The translations under genes were made by a program, and so were the position numbers. Positions 35,157 to 44,306 of a DNA stretch of 47,995 nt are shown in pieces (the stretch's first letter is position 1; each line of letters starts with the position of its first letter). The notes under the pieces are model-generated. The model saw only the letters and a program-made list of their open reading frames with translations. It made no database searches and was not told where the DNA came from. Source of the DNA: an uncultured Rhodobacterales bacterium (lineage in GTDB: Bacteria; Pseudomonadota; Alphaproteobacteria; Rhodobacterales; Rhodobacteraceae); the NCBI GenBank assembly GCA_964566835.1, contig CAZMKY010000064.1, forward strand, positions 1 through 47,995. Direction: 5' to 3'.

Positions 35157-36080
35157 TCAGATGCTACTTTTCCTGTGTCGCCCCGCAATTGCGGCCAGCG
35201 CGAGAATGACGCCAGAGAGCGTGGCGATCATGCCTGCGGCAGAGACGGAGTCCTCTCCGCCAAGCCAGATCGGACCATAGCCCGCGAAGACATATCCGAA
35301 CACGGCTGAAACCAACGCAAAGACAACGGAAAGTGCGACCTGCGCGCCAAGGGTGTTGGTCATCAGCCGTGCCGCCGCGGGCGGGCAGATGAACATCGCG
35401 ATCACGATGATGGAGCCCACGGCATCAAATGCCGCGACCGCGGCCAAGGCGGCTGCAATCACCAGTCCAAGACTGATCGCGCGGACAGGCAGACCAAGGC
35501 TTTCGGCGTAGGCTTCGTCGAATGTGGAAATTGCCAAGGCCCGCCAGAACACGGCCGGCATCAGGGAAAGAAGGGCGGTGACAAGGGCAATCCGGGCAAG
35601 CTCCGGCGGCAGGCCGGCCAGCGCTTCAGCGTTCCAAAGCGAACTCCAGCCCGTTGCGTCGAGCCAGATCAGGCTTTCAAGATTGCCATAAAGGGCATGT
35701 TCGACGTCCAAATGAACGCCCGAGGTGTCCGACTGTTCGAGAAGCAAGACGCCCGCCGCGAAGAGCGTCGTGAAGGTCACGCCCATGGCCGCGCCGGATT
35801 CGATCCGACCGAGGCGGCGGATGCCTTCGATCATCGTCACGGCCAGAAGCGCGGCGGCCGCAGAGCCAATCAGCATCGGCCAGGTCGCGATCACCCCAGT
35901 CAGCAGAAAAGCAACAACGATACCCGGAAGCACGACGTGGCTGATGGCGTCCCCGATCAGAGCTTGGCGTCTCAGCACAAGGAAATTGCCGGGCAGCGCG
36001 CAAGCAATGGCCGCAAGGCAACCCGTCAGAAGCGGAACCAGCGAGAAAGGGACGAAATCGGCACCGGACATGGGCATCAC
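35157..36080 (-). CDS. sitD: metal (Mn/Fe) ABC transporter permease, second permease
   Basis: 307 aa, ABC-3 family multi-TM protein with DAISHVVLPG. Its ATG overlaps the upstream permease stop (ATGA). Confidence 0.85.
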   Translation of the reverse strand: MMPMSGADFVPFSLVPLLTGCLAAIACALPGNFLVLRRQALIGDAISHVVLPGIVVAFLLTGVIATWPMLIGSAAAALLAVTMIEGIRRLGRIESGAAMGVTFTTLFAAGVLLLEQSDTSGVHLDVEHALYGNLESLIWLDATGWSSLWNAEALAGLPPELARIALVTALLSLMPAVFWRALAISTFDEAYAESLGLPVRAISLGLVIAAALAAVAAFDAVGSIIVIAMFICPPAAARLMTNTLGAQVALSVVFALVSAVFGYVFAGYGPIWLGGEDSVSAAGMIATLSGVILALAAIAGRHRKSSI

Positions 36081-37276
36081 ACCTCGCTCAGCGGCGCGAT
36101 ACGCGCGTCGATATCCGCGATCTGATCGGCGGTCAGGACATCCTCCAGACGGGTCAGCCCATCATACCGCGCCGCCGCCAGTTCATATTCGGGAATGCGG
36201 CGTGCGATGGTCCAGCGATGTTCATCCCGAAGCGTGCGAGACGCTTCCCCCGCCCCAAGCTCGGTCGGGACGCCGTCCGGCCGGGCCAACCCTTCGCGGG
36301 CCAAAAGCCGAAGCGTGCGCGGTTCGTAGATCGGCTGCCCCATGGCCAGCGACAAGAGACCCTGCCGCCGGTGAACGCCAGATTGAAAGCGGCGGTGTCT
36401 CAGGGCGGCGGACAGGACACCGCGGGACGGCGCAAAGACAAGCGACAGCACGAAAAGTGCAAACGCGACAAGCACGATGATCGGACCGGTTGGCAGATCG
36501 GGCGCGGTGGCAGAGATTGCTGCGCCCACGTACCCCGCTAGTCCGCCAAGTGCGCCTGCGATCCACACGACGACTTCAGCGCGGTCGGACCAGAAGCGTG
36601 CCGTGACCGGCGGGATGATCAACAAGGCCACGATCAGGATAAGACCAACGACTTTCAGACCGATGACCGTCACCGCCATGACCAGCCCCATGGTGATCAG
36701 GTCCGTGCGATAGAGGTTGATCCCGGCGCTTTCGGCGTATCCGGGATCAAAGGCCGCAAGGGTCATCGGGCGTCGAAACAGAAACACCAGCGCCAGCACC
36801 AGCGCGCCCGAGACGGCGATCAGAACCGCGTCTGCCAAAAGCATTCCTGCCGTGGCCCCAAGAAGGAAGCCCTCCAACCCCGCCTGACGCCCTGCATCCA
36901 GCGTTTGCACCACGGTCAGCAGGACGACGCCGAAGCCGAAGAAAACGGACAGGACCGCGCCGATGGCCGCGTCCTCGGAGAGCCGCGTGGAAGACGTGAG
37001 CCATTGCACGGCCAGCAAACCAAGGCCGGCCGACGCGGCGGCGCCCAGCATCAATCCGGCGAGGTTTCGCCCGTCACCGCCAAAGGCGACCATGACCAGA
37101 AAAGCAATGACCAGCCCCGGCAGCGTTGCGTGGCTGATGGCGTCAGAGACCAAGGCGCGCTTGCGCAGGAATAGGAAGGTGCCTGTAACCCCGGCGGCAA
37201 GCCCGAGAAGGGCTGCGCCAATCGCGACAAGCGCGGCGTTGTAACCAAGCCCGAGTGTCAGCGCCTCGAAGAGCAT
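36077..37276 (-). CDS. sitC: metal (Mn/Fe) ABC transporter permease with ~115-aa C-terminal soluble extension
   Basis: 399 aa. The first ~283 aa are ABC-3 permease (DAISHATLPG). The remainder is hydrophilic. Its start overlaps the ATPase stop by 1 nt (TGATG). Confidence 0.85.
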   Translation of the reverse strand: MLFEALTLGLGYNAALVAIGAALLGLAAGVTGTFLFLRKRALVSDAISHATLPGLVIAFLVMVAFGGDGRNLAGLMLGAAASAGLGLLAVQWLTSSTRLSEDAAIGAVLSVFFGFGVVLLTVVQTLDAGRQAGLEGFLLGATAGMLLADAVLIAVSGALVLALVFLFRRPMTLAAFDPGYAESAGINLYRTDLITMGLVMAVTVIGLKVVGLILIVALLIIPPVTARFWSDRAEVVVWIAGALGGLAGYVGAAISATAPDLPTGPIIVLVAFALFVLSLVFAPSRGVLSAALRHRRFQSGVHRRQGLLSLAMGQPIYEPRTLRLLAREGLARPDGVPTELGAGEASRTLRDEHRWTIARRIPEYELAAARYDGLTRLEDVLTADQIADIDARIAPLSEV

Positions 37277-38079
37277 CAGCTGGCCGCGCGGGCCACGCTG
37301 GTCAGTCGTCCGCCGTAAGCGTCGTTGAGGACGGTATCGTTGAAGGCCTCGGCCACGGTGCCTTCCGCAACCTTGCGGACATTCATGATGAGAACGCGGT
37401 CGAAATAGGCCTCGATCGTCGACAGATCGTGATGGACGGCAATGACCGTCCGGCCTTCATCCCTCAGGGACTTCAGAACGCCGATGATGGCCGCTTCGGT
37501 CGCGGCGTCCACACCCGCGAAGGGTTCGTCCAGAAGATAGAGATCGGCATCTTCGGCCAAGGCACGCGCAAGGAACACACGCTGTTGCTGCCCGCCGGAC
37601 AATTGACCGATCTGCCGATCCGCGAAGTCAGACATGCCGACCCGGTCGAGGCACGCTTTGGCACGGGCTTTGTGCGCGCCACGAATGCGGCCGAGCAGAC
37701 CCAGATCACGGTAGAGCCCCATCATCACGACATCGATGACCCGTGTCGGGAAATCCCAGTCGACACTGGCGCGCTGTGGGACATAGGCCACGCGCGCCCG
37801 TTCACTCGCCAAGGGACGGCCAAAAACCGTGACGACGCCAGACAGGCGCGGCACGAGGCCAAGCGCGGCCTTCAGAAGCGTGGATTTGCCTGCGCCGTTC
37901 GGGCCGATGATCGCAGTCATCGCGCCTGCTTCGAACGTGGCATCCAGCGAGAAAACCGCTGGTGTCTCACCGTAGGACACGGTCAGGCCGCGAATGGCCA
38001 ATGGGCTTTGCCGCAAAAGCGCCTCTGCCGCCTGAATGTCAGGCGCGGACGGGGCCAGTGTGAGAGAGCCGGGCTGCAT
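37276..38079 (-). CDS. sitB: metal ABC transporter ATP-binding protein
   Basis: 267 aa with Walker A GPNGAGKST, signature LSGGQQQR and Walker B LYLLDEP. Confidence 0.9.
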   Translation of the reverse strand: MQPGSLTLAPSAPDIQAAEALLRQSPLAIRGLTVSYGETPAVFSLDATFEAGAMTAIIGPNGAGKSTLLKAALGLVPRLSGVVTVFGRPLASERARVAYVPQRASVDWDFPTRVIDVVMMGLYRDLGLLGRIRGAHKARAKACLDRVGMSDFADRQIGQLSGGQQQRVFLARALAEDADLYLLDEPFAGVDAATEAAIIGVLKSLRDEGRTVIAVHHDLSTIEAYFDRVLIMNVRKVAEGTVAEAFNDTVLNDAYGGRLTSVARAAS

Positions 38080-38081
38080 CC

Positions 38082-39041
38082 TTATGCTCCTGCGGCGAGA
38101 CGACCGAGGCGCCCACGCGCGGGCGCGGTGCCGCCCAATGCGCGCGCAATGGTCGTTGCGTTGTGGTCGATCATGCCAAGATAGGTGCCTTCATAGGATC
38201 CGGGCGTGCCCATCGCATCCGAGTAAAGCTCACCACCGATGGTCACGTCATGGCCCCGCGCCCTTGCGCCCTCGATTAGGGCGCGCACGCCACGGTCACT
38301 GACCGAACTTTCCACGAAGACGGCACGCACGTCACGTTCGACCAACATGTCGACAAGTTCGCGCACACGCAGGAGTCCGGCTTCACTTTCTGTCGAGATG
38401 CCCTGAATGCCGACAACGTCGAAATCATAGGCCTGCCCGAAATAGTTGAAGGCATCATGCGCCGTCAAAAGCACGCGCGCCTCGGACGGGACGCTTTGCA
38501 ACACGGTGTCGGCGTAGCCCGCCAGATCCGAGATATCGTCCAAGTAGGCGGCTGCGTTTGCCGCGTAGGTCGCGGTGTTGTCTGGATCGACAGACTGAAG
38601 CGCGTCGCGCACAGCGCCCACAACAACGGACCAAAGCCGTGGGTCCATCCAAAGATGCGGATCGAAGCGGTTGTCGTAGTCATCATGCGCGATGCGTTCT
38701 GCCTCGGGCAGGGCTTCGGCAACAGCGACGACGTTCGTCCGGCTGGCCAGATCACCAAGGACGTCTTCCATCTGCGCTTCAAGGTAGAGGCCGTTCCAGA
38801 GCACCAGATCGGCGCGCGCCATTTTGACAATGTCGCTGCGGGTCTGGCGGTAAGCATGCGGGTCGATGCCCGGCCCCATCAATTGTTCTACCGAAGCCAA
38901 TGCCCCACCGACCGCACGGGCGGCGTCGGCGATCATGCCTGTGGTTGAGACAACCGAAATGGGCTGAGACGCAGAAAGCGCGGGCGCGGCCAGCGTGGCC
39001 GCGAGAGTGGTGGTGAGAAATGTACGACGCGAAATGGTCAC
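38082..39041 (-). CDS. sitA: metal (Mn/Fe-type) ABC transporter substrate-binding protein
   Basis: I chose the GTG start at 39041, which is preceded by GGAGG at a 5-nt spacing. This gives VTISRRTFLTTTLAATLAAPALSA, a Tat-like signal. The protein has cluster A-I SBP motifs DPHAY, DPHLW and LYSDA, and no His-rich loop, so it looks Mn/Fe-type rather than Zn-type. Confidence 0.85.
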   Translation of the reverse strand: MTISRRTFLTTTLAATLAAPALSASQPISVVSTTGMIADAARAVGGALASVEQLMGPGIDPHAYRQTRSDIVKMARADLVLWNGLYLEAQMEDVLGDLASRTNVVAVAEALPEAERIAHDDYDNRFDPHLWMDPRLWSVVVGAVRDALQSVDPDNTATYAANAAAYLDDISDLAGYADTVLQSVPSEARVLLTAHDAFNYFGQAYDFDVVGIQGISTESEAGLLRVRELVDMLVERDVRAVFVESSVSDRGVRALIEGARARGHDVTIGGELYSDAMGTPGSYEGTYLGMIDHNATTIARALGGTAPARGRLGRLAAGA

Positions 39042-39078
39042 GAAAACCTCCGGTGCGTCCGACATATCGGACCAAAAC

Positions 39079-39119
39079 ATGATACTGCGAATTATTCGCA
39101 ATACAAGAAGTATGCGAAT
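39079..39119 (-). promoter_or_regulatory. candidate sit promoter with operator palindrome
   Basis: The minus strand reads TTGTAT-N16-TATCAT (39106..39079). The perfect 7-1-7 palindrome TGCGAAT-T-ATTCGCA (39086..39100) fills the spacer. A third TGCGAAT half-site is at 39113..39119. Confidence 0.45.
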
Positions 39120-39190
39120 GGTTCTCAATATCAAGCCAGAGGCGTGATTTTAGTTCCCGCGGCGACGCGCTTTTTCTTGGCGCCCTGCGC

Positions 39191-39967
39191 TCAGCGCAAT
39201 GTGGGCGGGCTGTTTGGATCACTTCCGGGCGCGACGGGCACCAGTTTTTCCGGCTCCGGCAGGTCAAAGCGCAGACCGACCTTCGCCAGCCTTGCCGAAA
39301 TCTCATCACTCGCATCGACGAAGATCACGTCCAATTCGCCAGCGTCGAGACCGGAAAAGATCAGCGCTTCGCCCACGGCTTCAGCCAAAGCCTCTTCCGC
39401 GCCGGGAACCGCGCTGATCACGGCCAGAACATGCCCGCGCCGATCATCTGCGTAGGTCACCCCGGCCAGAAAAGCCGATTGCGCCAGCCCGGCTGCTGCA
39501 GCGAGACGGGCATCCAACGCCGAGACCAATGCTTCTGGCAAACCGGCAGGCGGGGTGAGGTCTCGCGGACGTGCTTCGGCCACCTTCGGGCGCTTGCCAA
39601 GCGTTCGGTGCAACCAGTTGACGGCGGCAGCTGGCAACAGCATGGCCGACGGCGCGACATCAAGGTTCAGCCCGATCCCGGCCCCCTCGCCCGCCAGCAG
39701 CGCTGCCAGTTTGCGACCCGACAACGTGGCATGCGGCGTGATGCGGCCTGTGAATTGCGTCAGCCGGTCTTCGGTATCGAAGGCCAGAACGAAGGTGCCT
39801 TCCTCCGTCTCGAAGACCTCGGGAGACAGAGTGTCGCCGTCCGGTTCAGCAGTTAGCAAGAGATGCAGCTCGGTTCCGGCGAGCTGGCCAAAGAAAGCAA
39901 GACGCTTGGCGTCATCCTCGGGCGCGGCGTCCATAGCGCCGTGAGCGGCATCAAGGGGTGTCGTCAT
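39191..39967 (-). CDS. SseB family protein
   Basis: The internal ATG (MTTPLDAAHGAMD..) overlaps the upstream gene stop as ATGA. The product is about 258 aa, with LAFFGQLAGTELHLLL..GTFVLAFDTEDRL resembling the SseB N-terminal domain. Confidence 0.65.
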   Translation of the reverse strand: MTTPLDAAHGAMDAAPEDDAKRLAFFGQLAGTELHLLLTAEPDGDTLSPEVFETEEGTFVLAFDTEDRLTQFTGRITPHATLSGRKLAALLAGEGAGIGLNLDVAPSAMLLPAAAVNWLHRTLGKRPKVAEARPRDLTPPAGLPEALVSALDARLAAAAGLAQSAFLAGVTYADDRRGHVLAVISAVPGAEEALAEAVGEALIFSGLDAGELDVIFVDASDEISARLAKVGLRFDLPEPEKLVPVAPGSDPNSPPTLR

Positions 39968-40599
39968 TCCGACAAGGCCTCTTTCACGCGGGTCTTGAGC
40001 GCAGGCAGGGCCTCGGCCTCGAACCACGGGTTCTTCTTCATCCATGCCGTATTCCGCCAAGATGGGTGCGGCAAGGGCATCGTGTCCGGTGCGAAACTGT
40101 TCCAGCGCTTGACCGTATCGGTGACCGACGTCGCCGCTTTGCCAAGGTGCCACTTCTGCGCATAGCCGCCGATCAACAGTGTCAGGCGCACATCGCCCAG
40201 CGCGGTCAGCACATCATCCCGCCATGTCGCAGCGCAGACCTTTGGCGGCGGCAAGTCCGCGCCCGCCGCGTCATAGCCCGGGAAGCAGAAGCCCATCGGG
40301 ACAATGGCCACGCGGGAACGGTCATAGAACTGGTCCTCATCAACCCCCATCCAATCGCGCAGACGTGTGCCGGAGCGATCCCAGAACGGCATTCCCGATT
40401 CATGGACACGCACGCCGGGCGCTTGGCCCGCGATCAAGATCCGCGCGCCCTTGGCGAACCAGACGATAGGCCGCGGCGCATGGGACGTCGCAGTACCCCG
40501 AAAGCGTTCGGCGCAGATCGTGCAGTCGGCCAGACGGGCCTTGAGGTCATCCAGATGGGTCACCTCGCGCGAGATATGGCGAACTTCGGAGCTTGACAA
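39964..40599 (-). CDS. uracil-DNA glycosylase superfamily protein
   Basis: Motif A is ILIAGQAPG and motif B is PLPHPSWRN. The listed start is a TTG at 40599, and GTG 40563 is an alternative. Confidence 0.8.
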   Translation of the reverse strand: MSSSEVRHISREVTHLDDLKARLADCTICAERFRGTATSHAPRPIVWFAKGARILIAGQAPGVRVHESGMPFWDRSGTRLRDWMGVDEDQFYDRSRVAIVPMGFCFPGYDAAGADLPPPKVCAATWRDDVLTALGDVRLTLLIGGYAQKWHLGKAATSVTDTVKRWNSFAPDTMPLPHPSWRNTAWMKKNPWFEAEALPALKTRVKEALSE

Positions 40600-40631
40600 C
40601 GTTTCAATATTTCTAGAATTATCGAAATATG
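40593..40631 (+). promoter_or_regulatory. candidate arsR-family promoter and operator
   Basis: TTGACA (40593..40598), a 15-nt spacer, then TAGAAT (40614..40619) sit just upstream of the ATG at 40629. There are two overlapping dyads: ATAtTTCTAGAAtTAT and ATATTTC-N10-GAAATAT (40607..40630). Confidence 0.35.
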
Positions 40632-40970
40632 AAAATCGAAGATGTTTCAGACACCCGAATCCTTCAAGCTGCGTCCCGGTTTGCGGCGCTGGGAAGCGAG
40701 CAGCGACTGGCGGTTCTGCGCACGCTTGTGCGGGCCGGTCCCGATGGCTTGTCGATTGGCGATTTGGGGCAACGCACAGGCACCACCGGGTCGACCCTGA
40801 CGCATCATATGAAGGTACTGTCCGATGCCGGACTTGTGCGGCAGGTCAAAGAGGGGCGGCGCATCCTTTGCCATGCCGTCTATGACGAGATGCAGGCGCT
40901 GTCCGAGTTTCTGTTGACCGAATGCTGCGCCGACAGCACCGCGTCCCATCCGGAGCACGATCATGGCTGA
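40629..40970 (+). CDS. ArsR/SmtB family transcriptional regulator
   Basis: 113 aa with the wHTH LSIGDLGQRTGTTGSTLTHHMKVLSDAGLV. It lacks an ELCVCDL-type site. The C-terminal tail is ECCADSTASHPEHDHG. Confidence 0.85.
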   Translation: MKIEDVSDTRILQAASRFAALGSEQRLAVLRTLVRAGPDGLSIGDLGQRTGTTGSTLTHHMKVLSDAGLVRQVKEGRRILCHAVYDEMQALSEFLLTECCADSTASHPEHDHG

Positions 40971-41988
40971 TATTTCGGGCGCAGGCACGCGGCCCCGCTT
41001 CAAGATCGACAAACCGTGGGCCACGGTTTTCCTGCTGCCGCTGGTAATCGCGCTTTTCGATCCCGCGCAGGCGCTGGAAACCGTCCGTTTTGCTTTGGGC
41101 GCCATGACCCATACGGGCGCATTCATCCTGTTTGCAGTGCTCGCCGTCGGGTATCTAAAGGCCAGCGGGTCCGAGGCCGTTCTGGCCAAGGCGTTCGAAG
41201 GACGTGAAACGCGCATGATCTTTATGGCGGCGCTCCTCGGGGGGATCTCGCCTTTCTGTTCCTGCGAGGTCATCCCCTTCATCGCCGCGCTTCTGGCCGT
41301 TGGCGCACCGCTATCCGCGGTCATGGCCTTCTGGTTGGCGTCCCCCTTGATGGATCCGGCGATGTTCCTGATCACGGCGGGCACTTTGGGCGTAGAGTTT
41401 GCAACGGCAAAGACGCTGGCCGCGATCTCCATGGGGCTTCTTGGCGGCTTTGTCGTCAAAGGCTTTGCGGCGACGCCCGTATTCGCCGATCCCCTGAAAG
41501 ACGCCGCTGGCGGCGGTGGCTGCGGCTGCCGCCCCTCCCCCTTCAAGGGCAAGCCGGTCTGGGCGTTCTGGTCTGACCCCGCGCGGATCCGGGTCTTTAG
41601 CGACACGGTCGTCGAAAACGCCCTGTTCCTCGGCAAGTGGCTGGCCATTGCTTACATGTTCGAAGCGCTGATGCTGGCCTATGTGCCCGCTGAAATGGTG
41701 GCGAGCGTTCTGGGTGGCGAAGGTTTGCAACCTGTGCTGCTGGGCGCCTTGGTGGGCGCGCCAGCCTATCTGAACGGCTATGCCGCCGTGCCACTTGTCG
41801 ATGCGCTGCTGGCGCAAGGCATGGCCGATGGTGCGGCGATGTCCTTCATGCTGGCCGGTGGCGTCAGTTGCATCCCGGCCGCCATTGCCGTCTGGGCCTT
41901 GGTCAAGCCAAGGGTGTTCGCCGCATATCTGGCAATCGCCTTTGCCGGGTCCCTGACGGCGGGGCTGGTCTGGGCCATGGTCGCCTGA
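40963..41988 (+). CDS. permease of the ArsP_1 / UPF0718 (PF03773-like) family
   Basis: 341-aa multi-TM protein with the motif SPFCSCEVIPF. Its start overlaps the arsR-family stop by 8 nt. Confidence 0.8.
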   Translation: MADISGAGTRPRFKIDKPWATVFLLPLVIALFDPAQALETVRFALGAMTHTGAFILFAVLAVGYLKASGSEAVLAKAFEGRETRMIFMAALLGGISPFCSCEVIPFIAALLAVGAPLSAVMAFWLASPLMDPAMFLITAGTLGVEFATAKTLAAISMGLLGGFVVKGFAATPVFADPLKDAAGGGGCGCRPSPFKGKPVWAFWSDPARIRVFSDTVVENALFLGKWLAIAYMFEALMLAYVPAEMVASVLGGEGLQPVLLGALVGAPAYLNGYAAVPLVDALLAQGMADGAAMSFMLAGGVSCIPAAIAVWALVKPRVFAAYLAIAFAGSLTAGLVWAMVA

Positions 41989-42016
41989 CCGGAAGTACGG
42001 GCGGCGGGCCGCGGCG

Positions 42017-42048
42017 CCTCCGGCGGGGGTATTTGGAAACAGAGGAAA
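42017..42048 (+). repeat. dispersed intergenic repeat, copy B
   Basis: CCTCCGGCGGGGGTATTTGGAAACAGAGGAAA lies between the permease and nhaA. Confidence 0.5.
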
Positions 42049-42151
42049 TCACCTGGCGCTTTCGACAATTTGAAAGCGCGAGAGCTTTCCAGTCGGTTGC
42101 CCCCCCGCGCTGGCTTATGTATCCCGTGCCAAGGGACAACGGGGAGCGGCC

Positions 42152-43417
42152 ATGTATCGCGTCTGGAATTTCATCACGAACTACTCGATCCTGCTGATTG
42201 CAGGCGCTCTGATCGCCTTGGTCTGGGCCAATATCGACGCCAAGAGCTACCACCACTTCGTGGAGTTCGAGTTCATCCACGATTTCATCATCGGGCACGC
42301 GCATTACGATGCCAATGGCGTGGTCGAATACCGATCTTTGACGCTGCACTATCTGGTCAATGACGTTCTGATGGCCTTCTTCTTTGCCATTGCGGCCAAG
42401 GAAGTCTGGGAAGCAATCATTCTGAAGAACGGTTCTTTGCGCGGGCGGAAGGCGGCAACACCTTTGTTCGCCACCTTGGGCGGCATGGTTGGCCCGATCA
42501 GCGTGTATCTTGGCCTTGCGGCGATCCTTGGGTCCGAAACATACGACGCCGTGGCCAATGGCTGGGCTATCCCGACGGCGACGGACATCGCCTTTTCCTA
42601 CCTTGTTGGCCGTATCGTCTTTGGCGCGGGCCACCCGGCCGTGCGGTTCCTGCTACTTCTGGCGATTGCCGATGATGCAGCGGGCCTGATCATTCTGGCG
42701 GTCTTCTATCCGTCGGGCGAGCTGGCACCGGAATGGCTGCTTTTGTCGGTCTTCTCGGCCATCGCCGTCTTTCTTCTGTTCAACTGGCTGCCGCGCCGGA
42801 TGGACCGGGGCAACCAGCTGCGCCCGCGTTCCACCTGGATGCGCGAGAAGCTGGGCTTCTGGCCCTATCTGATCGCTGGCTGCCTGAGCTGGTACGGCTT
42901 CCAGGAAGCCGGTCTGCACCCGGCGCTTGGCCTCTTGCCGATCGTGCCAACGATCCCGCATGCCGACCGCGCCTTCGGCATCTTTTCGGAAGCCGAGCAG
43001 TATCTGACCGACCTATTGAACCACTGCGAACACATCCTGAAGCACCCGGTCGAGATCATCCTGTTCCTCTTTGGCCTGTGCAATGCGGGCGTGGAATTCT
43101 CGTCCATCGGTGCGCCGACATGGCTGGTTCTGGCCGGGCTCATCATCGGCAAACCCTTTGGCGTCCTGCTCTTCGGCTGGATCGCGGCAGGGCCGTTGAA
43201 GCTTGGCTTGCCGGCGGGCATGCGCACCATCGATCTGTTCGTGATCGGCTGTGTGGCCGCCATCGGCTTTACCGTGTCGCTCTTCATCGCCTCGGTCGCG
43301 TTTGAGCCGGGCGCGGTGCAGGATGCCGCGAAGATGGGCGCGCTCTTCAGCTTCTTTGCAGCTGTTTTGTCCATCGTGGCGGGCAAGCTGACGCGCATTC
43401 AGAAACAAGAGCTCTAG
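42152..43417 (+). CDS. nhaA: Na+/H+ antiporter NhaA
   Basis: 421 aa with the AIPTATDIAF motif (the NhaA unwound-helix Asp pair region) and FLLLLAIADD. Confidence 0.93.
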   Translation: MYRVWNFITNYSILLIAGALIALVWANIDAKSYHHFVEFEFIHDFIIGHAHYDANGVVEYRSLTLHYLVNDVLMAFFFAIAAKEVWEAIILKNGSLRGRKAATPLFATLGGMVGPISVYLGLAAILGSETYDAVANGWAIPTATDIAFSYLVGRIVFGAGHPAVRFLLLLAIADDAAGLIILAVFYPSGELAPEWLLLSVFSAIAVFLLFNWLPRRMDRGNQLRPRSTWMREKLGFWPYLIAGCLSWYGFQEAGLHPALGLLPIVPTIPHADRAFGIFSEAEQYLTDLLNHCEHILKHPVEIILFLFGLCNAGVEFSSIGAPTWLVLAGLIIGKPFGVLLFGWIAAGPLKLGLPAGMRTIDLFVIGCVAAIGFTVSLFIASVAFEPGAVQDAAKMGALFSFFAAVLSIVAGKLTRIQKQEL

Positions 43418-43527
43418 GCGACTGAAAATCGCGCTTTCGGGCGCATTCTGCCTTAGCCCTGACACAATGGTCTGCCAGCTTTGCGGCTGGCGGACCAAGA
43501 TCATGTCCGCGCTAGGGATAAGGTCGG

Positions 43528-44139
43528 ATGGCAAATCCGTATTCTGTTCTGGGGATCAGACCCACAGCCACCCCGGACGAGGTGAAAGCCGCGTTCCGGA
43601 AAATGGCGTTGCGCTATCACCCTGATCGCGCTGGCGATGATCCGCGCGCTGCGAAGCGCATGGCAGAAGTGAACGCCGCCTATGATCGGCTGAAGCAGGC
43701 CGAGATTTCGGGCGAAGAAGGTCCACCGAACCCGACCACTTACATGCGCCTTCTCAGCGATCATGAGCGTGCAGCGCTTGATGCATTCGCACAAAAGCAG
43801 ATCAAGAAGGAGACGCGGTCGCGACGCCTGTCGCGGTTGAGAAGCCCGCTGGGCAAACCCGATGCCGTGCCGTCATTCCTCTTGCTTTCCGCGATCCACG
43901 GCGAAGACGACGGCTTGCGACTGATCTTTGATGGTCTGCCACATGGTGATCAGGACAGACTGATCCTGCCGACCCTGACCTGGAAAGGCGAAGGCCATAT
44001 CGGAGTTCGGACCGACAGCATCCTGTCGCAGCCAGCGCCCATCCGCCCGGCGGCCCGCGCCACGACGATCCACGTCAAGGACCCCGGCACGTTCGTCGGC
44101 GGCTTTGAAGGCACATTGCACCTGCACTTCGACGGCTGA
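43528..44139 (+). CDS. J-domain-containing protein
   Basis: The N-terminus has NPYSVLGIRPTATPDEVKAAFRKMALRYHPDR (HPD motif). The C-terminal ~130 aa are unassigned. Confidence 0.8.
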   Translation: MANPYSVLGIRPTATPDEVKAAFRKMALRYHPDRAGDDPRAAKRMAEVNAAYDRLKQAEISGEEGPPNPTTYMRLLSDHERAALDAFAQKQIKKETRSRRLSRLRSPLGKPDAVPSFLLLSAIHGEDDGLRLIFDGLPHGDQDRLILPTLTWKGEGHIGVRTDSILSQPAPIRPAARATTIHVKDPGTFVGGFEGTLHLHFDG

Positions 44140-44306
44140 GCCAGCGCAGCATGCCGCTTGGCCGATTTCGGCCGGCCTCAGGCCGCCAAACCTTGGCGAT
44201 TGCCCTGCCCCCCCTGCTTAATGCATAGTTAACCGAAGAACCCTTCGCGGGTCGGGGCAGTCAGGGTGCGAAATCACGCGCCATCACGATAAGAGGCACG
44301 GGGCGG

